Shown here in pieces: positions 7,431-13,755 of a stretch of 13,755 nucleotides of DNA; position 1 is the first letter of the stretch; each line of letters opens with the position of its first letter. Made by a program: the position numbers and the translations under genes. This DNA comes from Polyangiaceae bacterium (GTDB taxonomy: Bacteria; Myxococcota_A; Polyangia; Polyangiales; Polyangiaceae), in assembly GCA_044222475.1 (NCBI GenBank), contig JBGANF010000181.1, positions 1 to 13,755 of the forward strand, written 5' to 3'. A model generated the notes under the pieces. That model was not told the origin of the DNA and searched no databases. It was given only the letters and a program-made list of their open reading frames with translations.

Positions 7431-9092
7431 ATGAACGACGACTACGCGCGACGCAAGGCCGAGTGGCAACGTGACGTTCTCGGGCCACTCGAAGCGAAGA
7501 ACCCGCCCCGAAAGCGCATCGGCGTACTCGCCGGCGGCGCCGACGCCGCGCCGCTGTACGGTCCCGACGCGCTCGCGGGCTTCGAGCCCACGCGCGAGCT
7601 CGGCTTCCCCGGGGAGCCGCCGTTCACCCGCGGCGTGCAGGCCAACATGTACCGCGGTCGTCTCTGGACGATGCGCCAGTACGCGGGGTTCGGCACCGCG
7701 CGCGAGTCGAACGAGCGCTACCAGTACCTCCTGAAGCAGGGGCAGACGGGGCTCTCGGTCGCGTTCGACCTGCCGACCCAGATGGGTCGCGACTCCGACG
7801 ACTCGCGCGCCCTCGGCGAGGTCGGGCGCGTCGGCGTCGCGATCGATTCGATCGACGACATGCGGACGCTCCTGCGAGGGCTCCCCCTCGACAAGATCTC
7901 CACGTCGATGACGATCAACGCCACCGCGGCGATCCTCTTGTGTCTCTACATCGCCGTCGCGGAAGAGAACGGCGTGCCCCGCTCGAAGATCTCCGGGACG
8001 ATCCAGAACGACATCTTGAAGGAGTACATGGCGCGCGGGACGTACATCTACCCGCCGCGCCCGTCGCTCCGATTGATCACCGACATCTTCGCCTTCGCGG
8101 GGCGCGAGACTCCGAAGTGGAACACGATCTCGATCAGCGGCTACCACATCCGCGAAGCCGGCTGCGACGCCGTGCAGGAGGTCGCCTTCACCCTGGCCGA
8201 CGGGCTCGCGTACGTTCAAGCCGCGGTCGACGCCGGCCTCGACGTCGACGATTTCGCCGGGCAGCTCTCGTTCTTTTTCAACGTGCACAACAACCTGCTC
8301 GAAGAGGTCGCCAAGTTTCGCGCTGCGCGGCGCATGTGGAGCCGCTTGCTCCAGAAGCGCTTCGGCGCGAAGACCGATCGCGCGCGCGCGCTCCGCTTCC
8401 ACTGCCAGACGGCCGGCGCGACGCTCACCGCTCAGCAGCCGCTCAACAACGTCGTGCGCGTCACGATCCAGGCGATGGCCGCGGTGCTCGGCGGTTGCCA
8501 GTCGCTCCACACCAACTCGTTCGACGAAGCGCTCGGCCTCCCGACGAGCGAGGCCGCGACCATCGCGCTCCGCACGCAGCAGATCATCGCCAGCGAGTCC
8601 GGCGTCGCCGACTTCGTCGATGCGCTCGGCGGCAGCTACGCGATCGAGGCGCTCACGAACGACGTCGAGCGCAAAGCCGACGTGTACCTCGGCCGGATCG
8701 ACGAGCTGGGCGGCATGGTCTCGGCGATCGAGCAGGGCTACCCCCAACGCGAGATCCAGAACAGCGCGTACCGGTACCAGCTCGAGATCGAGCGGAAGGA
8801 GCGACTCGTCGTCGGACAGAACGCCTACGTCCAGGAGAGCGCTCCGGTGCCGGTGCTGCGCGTCGACCCGGCGATCGAGCGCGAGCAGGTCGAGCGGCTG
8901 CGCGCCTTCCGGGGGAAGCGCGACGCGACGAAGCACGCGAAGGCGCTCGCCCAGGTCGACGCGGCGGCGAAGACGAGCGACAACCTGGTCCCGGTGATCC
9001 TCGAGGCGGTGAAGGCCTCGGCCACGGTGGGCGAGATCTCGGACGTGCTGCGGGGCGTTTGGGGCGAGCACGTGGAGACGTTGGTCCTGTAG
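7431..9092 (+). CDS. Methylmalonyl-CoA mutase, stand-alone substrate-binding (TIM-barrel) subunit of a split enzyme
   Basis: [106 protein letters not shown]. No C-terminal DxHxxG cobalamin-binding domain. Start ATG 7431 (or GTG 7422). Confidence 0.93.
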   Translation: MNDDYARRKAEWQRDVLGPLEAKNPPRKRIGVLAGGADAAPLYGPDALAGFEPTRELGFPGEPPFTRGVQANMYRGRLWTMRQYAGFGTARESNERYQYLLKQGQTGLSVAFDLPTQMGRDSDDSRALGEVGRVGVAIDSIDDMRTLLRGLPLDKISTSMTINATAAILLCLYIAVAEENGVPRSKISGTIQNDILKEYMARGTYIYPPRPSLRLITDIFAFAGRETPKWNTISISGYHIREAGCDAVQEVAFTLADGLAYVQAAVDAGLDVDDFAGQLSFFFNVHNNLLEEVAKFRAARRMWSRLLQKRFGAKTDRARALRFHCQTAGATLTAQQPLNNVVRVTIQAMAAVLGGCQSLHTNSFDEALGLPTSEAATIALRTQQIIASESGVADFVDALGGSYAIEALTNDVERKADVYLGRIDELGGMVSAIEQGYPQREIQNSAYRYQLEIERKERLVVGQNAYVQESAPVPVLRVDPAIEREQVERLRAFRGKRDATKHAKALAQVDAAAKTSDNLVPVILEAVKASATVGEISDVLRGVWGEHVETLVL

Positions 9093-9098
9093 CGGGTC

Positions 9099-9130
9099 GA
9101 CGCCGGGAATTTGGCCCGACCCGGCGTCTT
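9099..9130 (+). terminator. Hairpin after the mutase stop codon; possible weak terminator or mRNA stabiliser
   Basis: Perfect 9-bp stem GACGCCGGG (9099-9107) / CCCGGCGTC (9120-9128) with a 12-nt loop, followed by only TT. Confidence 0.35.
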
Positions 9131-9146
9131 GCGTACCTTCGCCTAC

Positions 9147-9554
9147 ATGAGCGCGATCCTCCGTAGAAACACCCCCCGACGCGCGTTCCGGCGCTACGTC
9201 CGCCTCGACTGCCAGATCGTGCGGGAGCGCGACTTCATGCCCGTCGGCGACGTCGCCCTCGACCTGTCGACCGAAGGGATGCTCGTCCGCACGGACGCAC
9301 GCGTTCTCACCGGCGAGGAGCTCATCGTCGTATTTCGCCCGCCGGGCTCGAATCGCATCATCGACGCCGCCGCGAGCGTGGCGCGCGTGCTCCACGGTCG
9401 CCGACCCGGCGATCGAGGCCGCGCGCTCGGCGTGCACTTCGACCAGATCCGCGACTCCGACCGCGATCACCTCTTCGAGTGCCTCCGCGGCCTCCCCGCG
9501 CCGGAAGCGATGCGAGATCCCCTGACCGGCATCACGGCGCGGCTCGCGACGTAG
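9147..9554 (+). CDS. Stand-alone PilZ domain protein (c-di-GMP receptor)
   Basis: RxxxR (RRAFR) and DxSxxG (DLSTEG) motifs, followed by beta-strand pattern ...VARV...LGVHF. Start placed at ATG 9147. Confidence 0.88.
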   Translation: MSAILRRNTPRRAFRRYVRLDCQIVRERDFMPVGDVALDLSTEGMLVRTDARVLTGEELIVVFRPPGSNRIIDAAASVARVLHGRRPGDRGRALGVHFDQIRDSDRDHLFECLRGLPAPEAMRDPLTGITARLAT

Positions 9555-9590
9555 CCCGCTCCCGCTCCCCCTCCCCCTCGCGCTCCCGTT
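9555..9590. repeat. Six degenerate hexamer repeats (CCCGCT consensus)
   Basis: CCCGCT CCCGCT CCCCCT CCCCCT CGCGCT CCCGTT directly after the PilZ stop codon. Confidence 0.7.
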
Positions 9591-9631
9591 TAGGCAAAGC
9601 CCGAGAGCGAGTTTGCGACTAGACTCCAACC

Positions 9632-11746
9632 GTGCGCGTCGCGGCTTGCCTCCTCTCGGCTTCGCTTCTCTTCGCCTGCGGGGAACCCGCGGTCGATTTG
9701 ATCGTCAAGCCGTTCGACGCCGGGCTCGACGCCGACGCCGGCAAGACCGACGGCTCGCTCGACGATCCGACGCTCGGAGGTCCCTGCGAGGAGGACGTCC
9801 AGTGCGACGATCAGCTCAAGTGCACCTTCGACAAGTGTGACCTCACGTTGAAGCGATGCCGGTACTCGCCGGACGACAGCCTCTGCGACAACGGGCAGTT
9901 CTGCGACGGCAAGGAGCTCTGCGTGCCGAAGCTCGGCTGTCGGCCGGGCGGCGTCGTCACCTGTGCGACCGGCAAAGCCTGCGACATCAACAAGTGCATC
10001 GAGTCGACGAAGGCGTGCGAGCACAAGCCGCGTGACGTCGACGGCGACGGAGACCCGGACGACCTCTGCGTCCCCAACCGCGACTGCAACGATCAGAACC
10101 CGCTCGTCGCGAGCACGCTCGCCGAGGTCTGCGGCAACAAGGTCGACGACAACTGCAACGGCAAGGTCGACGAAGCGCCCTGCGTCATCGCGAAGAACTC
10201 GACGTGCCAGGACGCCCTCGCGATCGCGGGCCCGGGGAGCTACCAGCTCTCGACCGCCGCCGCCCCCAAGGGCTTCACCGCGAGCTGCTCGGTGACCCAG
10301 CCCACCGCCGCCCACGACGTCGTCGCAGCGGTCACCATCCCGAACGGCGGGCCGAAGGATCTCGACGTGTGGATGAACGCGCCCGGCGGCACCGAGGTCG
10401 CCGTCGCGATCCAAGGCACCTGCGGAAGCGCGCTCTCCGAGCTCGCGTGCGGCTCGAGCGCGGGCACGACCTCCACCCACGCGCGAGCCCGCAACCTCGC
10501 ACCGGGCACCTACTACGTCATCGCCACTGCCTCGAAGGAAACCACCATCGAGCTCGCGATCGACTTCCTCACGCCGTCGCCGAAATCGCCCAACGAGACC
10601 TGCGCGAACGCCGCGGCGATCACCGAGGGCGTAGCCATCCCGGTGCAAATCTTCGACGCCGCGAAAGACCTCGCGAGCGGATGCACTGCCGCCACCGGCG
10701 AGCTCACCTACGCGTTCACGCTGGCGACCCCGCGCGACGTGCGCGTCTTCGCGAACACGACGCGCGGCGCCGGATCACCGGTGCTCGGTCTGCGCAGCCC
10801 GGCGTGCACGCAGCTCACCGACGAGCTCCGCTGCCGACAAGGCGGCGGGACCCAGCCGCTCTACGCGCGCGCGCTTCCCCCCGGGACGTACACCGTGACG
10901 GTCGCTGCGACGTCGCCGATCGACGCTTCGGTCCTCCTCACCACCTATCCGCCGACGGTCGCTCCTCCGGACCAGACCTGCGGCACCGCTCCCCCCGCGA
11001 CGATCGACGGGACGCTCGACTTCAACCTCGCCGACCACGAGGACGCGATCAAAGACGGTTGCTTCCCCGGCGCGCCCACCGCGGCGTACGCGGTCGACCT
11101 GTCGGTCGCGAGCGACGTGCTCCTCGTCGGGCGCTTCGCCCAGAACGGCGTCGGCGCGGTCTCGTTCGACGCGCCCGGGTGCACGCCGCCCGACCGCCTC
11201 CTCTGCGCGGCGTCGTACACCCCGGTGCGCACCAGCAAGCGCAACGTCCCACCGGGGAGCTACCGCGCCGTCGTGGCCGACAGCTACGGGCTCGCGGGCT
11301 CGCTGAGCACGTTCGTGCGTCCGACGGTCCAAGCGACGGTCGTCAACGGCGGCGACACGTGCCAGAGCCCCGTCGTCGACATCCCCGCCGCCGGCGGCTT
11401 CTTCACCGGCGACACCAACGGCAAGGGCTCCGAGTTCGACGAGAGCTGCGACGTGCCCAACGTTCCGCCCGGCGGCGCCGCCGATCAGATCATGCGCCTC
11501 GTGCTCGCTCAGCCGCGGCGCGTCGTGCTCAGCATGGACGGCTCGACGTACGACACGATCCTCAGCTTGCGCGCCGGAAACTCGTGCCCCGGCGTCGAGA
11601 TCGTCAAGGGCTGCAACTTCAGCTTCAGCGGCGCGCGGAGCTTCCTCGACGCGGTGCTCGCGCCGGGCACGTACTGGATCGTGGTCGACGGGTTCGGCTC
11701 GCAGAAGGGCGCGTGGAACCTGGACGTGCGCGTCGTCGCGCCGTGA
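9632..11746 (+). CDS. Cys-rich lipoprotein with a putative metal-binding (MopE-related) motif and four tandem PPC-like beta-sandwich repeats
   Basis: Lipobox LLFA-C and EGF-like Cys repeats. Motif DVDGDGD...DCNDQNP......EVCGNKVDDNCNGKVDE. Four repeats start xTC and end L/VxPG(T/S)Y (NLAPGTYYV, ALPPGTYTV, NVPPGSYRA, VLAPGTYWI). Confidence 0.8.
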   Translation: MRVAACLLSASLLFACGEPAVDLIVKPFDAGLDADAGKTDGSLDDPTLGGPCEEDVQCDDQLKCTFDKCDLTLKRCRYSPDDSLCDNGQFCDGKELCVPKLGCRPGGVVTCATGKACDINKCIESTKACEHKPRDVDGDGDPDDLCVPNRDCNDQNPLVASTLAEVCGNKVDDNCNGKVDEAPCVIAKNSTCQDALAIAGPGSYQLSTAAAPKGFTASCSVTQPTAAHDVVAAVTIPNGGPKDLDVWMNAPGGTEVAVAIQGTCGSALSELACGSSAGTTSTHARARNLAPGTYYVIATASKETTIELAIDFLTPSPKSPNETCANAAAITEGVAIPVQIFDAAKDLASGCTAATGELTYAFTLATPRDVRVFANTTRGAGSPVLGLRSPACTQLTDELRCRQGGGTQPLYARALPPGTYTVTVAATSPIDASVLLTTYPPTVAPPDQTCGTAPPATIDGTLDFNLADHEDAIKDGCFPGAPTAAYAVDLSVASDVLLVGRFAQNGVGAVSFDAPGCTPPDRLLCAASYTPVRTSKRNVPPGSYRAVVADSYGLAGSLSTFVRPTVQATVVNGGDTCQSPVVDIPAAGGFFTGDTNGKGSEFDESCDVPNVPPGGAADQIMRLVLAQPRRVVLSMDGSTYDTILSLRAGNSCPGVEIVKGCNFSFSGARSFLDAVLAPGTYWIVVDGFGSQKGAWNLDVRVVAP

Positions 11747-11772
11747 CCTCGCTCCCTGGTAGCATGGTGGTA

Positions 11773-12534
11773 GTGCGCGCGATCTCGCTCCTCGTCCCCC
11801 TGTGCCTCACCGGTTGCCTGCTGCCCAGCGTGGGTGACCTGAGCGGTGCGAGCTCCGACGCGAGCACGACCAAGGACGCCACCGCCGATGTCGGCCCGAC
11901 CGACGCCGGCACCGACGCGTCCATCCGTGCCGGACTCGTGGGCGAGTGGCGCTTCGACGAAGGCAACGGCTCGATCGCCAAGGACACGTCCGGCCACGGC
12001 CACGACGGGGCGATCGCGTCGGGGACCTGGGTCTCGGGTCACTCGGGCGCGGCGCTCCAACTCGACGGCAGCGCGTCGAGCCTCGTCACCGTTCCCGCGT
12101 CACCCGACTTCGATCGCCCCGCCGGTGCCGTGTTCACGATCACGGCATGGGTGAGGTTCCCTGGCAATTTCTCCCACCAGGTCTTCGTCTCCGTGAATTT
12201 CGGACCGTCGAACGCGACGTACGGGCTCGAAGCCCACACGCCCACGCTGATCAACTACTTCGACGACTCCAATCACATCGCGGACTCGCCGGTGACGTGG
12301 GGCACGGGCTGGCATCACGCCGCCGTCGTCGTGGACGGATCCAAACCCGCCCGTGTCTTCTTCGACGGCGTGATGGTGGGCGCGGAGGTCGGCGACACCG
12401 CCGCTCGCACGTGCACGTCGCTCACGTTCGGCGGCGGAAGCTACGGCGACCGAATGCAAGGCGCACTCGACACCGTTCGCTTCTACCGCCGCGCGTTGAG
12501 CGACCAAGAGGTCGCTGCCGACATGAACCAGTGA
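11773..12534 (+). CDS. LamG/concanavalin A-like jellyroll domain lipoprotein
   Basis: The real gene is the 3' part of ORF 10204..12534. MRAISLLVPLCLTG-C lipobox, DA-rich linker, GLVGEWRFDEGNGSIAKDTSGHGHDG, FTITAWV, WHHAAVV, GALDTVRFYRRALS. Start GTG 11773 or ATG 11764. Confidence 0.85.
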   Translation: MRAISLLVPLCLTGCLLPSVGDLSGASSDASTTKDATADVGPTDAGTDASIRAGLVGEWRFDEGNGSIAKDTSGHGHDGAIASGTWVSGHSGAALQLDGSASSLVTVPASPDFDRPAGAVFTITAWVRFPGNFSHQVFVSVNFGPSNATYGLEAHTPTLINYFDDSNHIADSPVTWGTGWHHAAVVVDGSKPARVFFDGVMVGAEVGDTAARTCTSLTFGGGSYGDRMQGALDTVRFYRRALSDQEVAADMNQ

Positions 12535-12538
12535 TCCG

Positions 12539-13135
12539 TCACGGAACGTCGACGTAGAACGCGGCGTGTCCGTGGGGCGACTCCACGCCGTCGACGCACG
12601 CGTCGAAGAAGTGGAAGCGCACCGTCCAGCGACCGGACTTGTCGAACCGGATCGGTCCGATCGAGTAGACCCCGCCGCCCTTGTCGGTCGTCTTCGTGCC
12701 GGCGTTCGGCGCCGGGTGCGTCGCGTCGAGGAACACCTCGGTGTCGGTCTCGGCGCCGACCGACGGGGCCCCGTCGACGCGCGTCTTCAACGTCACCGTG
12801 AACGTGACGTCGGTGTCCTTGTAGACCGCGGTAGACGTCCACGAGACGTCGTACTTGCACTCGTCGTCGGCGCCGGACTGGTTGTACATCGGGATGCCGT
12901 ACTCGCTCGTGCCGCCGTCCTCGGCGGGCATCGCGGCGTCAGCAACGCCCGCGTCGGCGCTGACCTGACACGCGGCCTTGGACGTCAGCTGACGAGTGCT
13001 GCCGCAGTGGCTGTCCTGCGGCCCGACGACCGAGCCCCCAGCGGGACCGGTGGGCGTGCTCGACGTGCACGCCACGAGAGAGAAAACCAGAGCTGCCGCG
13101 GCGGACGCGCCGACGCGGAAATGGATGGAAGTCAT
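12539..13135 (-). CDS. Lipoprotein with C-terminal Ig-like FixH/YtkA-like domain and His/Cys clusters (putative metal-handling protein)
   Basis: SD GGAGG upstream and lipobox LVA-C. Motifs DSHCG, DDECKYDV, GGVYSIGPIRFDKSGRWTVRFHFF, DACVDGVESPHGHAAFYVDVP. The domain call is by resemblance only. Confidence 0.65.
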   Translation of the reverse strand: MTSIHFRVGASAAAALVFSLVACTSSTPTGPAGGSVVGPQDSHCGSTRQLTSKAACQVSADAGVADAAMPAEDGGTSEYGIPMYNQSGADDECKYDVSWTSTAVYKDTDVTFTVTLKTRVDGAPSVGAETDTEVFLDATHPAPNAGTKTTDKGGGVYSIGPIRFDKSGRWTVRFHFFDACVDGVESPHGHAAFYVDVP

Positions 13136-13189
13136 GAATCCTCCGAAACAAATGTGGATCGAGTGGAAGCGCTAGCCGGCTAACGTTTC

Positions 13190-13567
13190 TCACGATCGTG
13201 GAGGCGGACAGTCCGGAGCAGAGCGGAACCGGCCTCGCCGCAGCGAGACGCGCGGCTCGGCGAAGGCGATCGCCTCGGGCGCCGGGAGCAGCTCGCTCGC
13301 GGCCGGCGGCAGCACCCCGACCGCGTGCGTCGCCTCGAACGCGACGTCCGGATCGCCGCACACGCCCTTCATCGTCGGCCGCGTCGGCTCGTCGCGACCT
13401 TCGTCACGGTGGCAGATGGCGCACACGCAGTCGGTGTGGCGCGCATCACAACGACAGACGTGCGGTGCGGCCCCGGCGACCGCCCGGGCAAACGCCGGCC
13501 CCGCGCTCGACAGAAGGAGCGGGACCAGCAGCACGCCGATGACGAACGCGAAGAAACGCCGTCGCAC
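13190..13567 (-). CDS. Small exported Cys/His-rich protein with C-terminal polyproline motif (DUF2946/CutF/CruR-like leader candidate)
   Basis: Signal-peptide-like MRRRFFAFVIGVLLVPLLLSSAGPAFA, then HVCRCDARHTDCVCAICH and GVCGD, ending RGRFRSAPDCPPPRS*. Confidence 0.7.
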   Translation of the reverse strand: MRRRFFAFVIGVLLVPLLLSSAGPAFARAVAGAAPHVCRCDARHTDCVCAICHRDEGRDEPTRPTMKGVCGDPDVAFEATHAVGVLPPAASELLPAPEAIAFAEPRVSLRRGRFRSAPDCPPPRS

Positions 13568-13611
13568 GCACCCTTGATAGCACGCCCGACCGGCGTCGGG
13601 TCATGACCGGG

Positions 13612-13755
13612 TCAGTGATTCCGATCGTAGAAGTTCCCGGGCCGGCAGACGAGCTTCTTGCCGCTCTCCTTGCGCTCGCACTTCACCTCTTGCTCGTACC
13701 TCGCCTCGACGACTCCGTCGCCGTTGAAGTCTGCCGAGGCGCGCGCCATCCCGTC
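13612..13755 (-). CDS. C-terminal end of a CDS running in from beyond the window; hypothetical, weakly pilin-like
   Basis: Open frame DGMARASADFNGDGVVEARYEQEVKCERKESGKKLVCRPGNFYDRNH*, stop at 13612-13614, GC3-rich codons. Confidence 0.6.
   Translation of the reverse strand, partial: DGMARASADFNGDGVVEARYEQEVKCERKESGKKLVCRPGNFYDRNH

Noticed and set aside
7431..9092. Isobutyryl-CoA or 2-hydroxyisobutyryl-CoA mutase, or a truncated pseudogene
   Set aside because: The specificity residues are Tyr/Arg. The C-terminus ([17 protein letters not shown]) is the normal end of stand-alone large subunits.
2629..9629. Long alternative-frame and antisense ORFs (2685..4373, 2677..4116, 4577..5620, 5564..6565, 7302..9629, 7940..9166, etc.)
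   Set aside because: They overlap well-supported genes and have R/A/P/G-rich or mirror-codon composition, as expected from stop-codon scarcity at high GC.
10204..11763. 776-aa ORF 10204..12534 as one protein
   Set aside because: The first ~520 aa are an Arg-rich off-frame shadow of gene 9632..11746. Only the part from 11764/11773 has a signal peptide and LamG domain.
1..13755. tRNA, rRNA, transposase, integrase or phage genes
   Set aside because: None recognisable; nearly all the sequence is accounted for by the listed CDSs and short intergenic regions.

Overview
GC-rich bacterial chromosomal window. The protein style (Cys-rich lipoproteins with 'DAG' linkers, a stand-alone PilZ protein, a GspE/PilB-N-domain protein) suggests Myxococcota, probably Polyangia; this is an inference. 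Left and middle: 3' end of a probable dynamin-like gene, thrB, a Lys/Ala-rich protein of unknown function, a REC-PAS-histidine kinase coupled to gatB, an ftsB-like gene, an MshEN/T2SSE_N-domain protein, the substrate-binding subunit of a split methylmalonyl-CoA mutase, and a PilZ protein. Right: several lipoprotein genes. The most interesting candidate system is at 12539-13606 (minus strand). A small exported Cys/His-rich ORF ending in CPPPRS precedes a His/Cys-containing lipoprotein gene, and its last codons are complementary to that gene's Shine-Dalgarno. This resembles CutF/CruR-type metal-sensing ribosome-arrest leaders. Also seen: two palindromic intergenic elements, a candidate antisense sigma70 promoter inside thrB, and signs of leaderless transcription. 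All product calls come from motif recognition by eye; no database searches were run.
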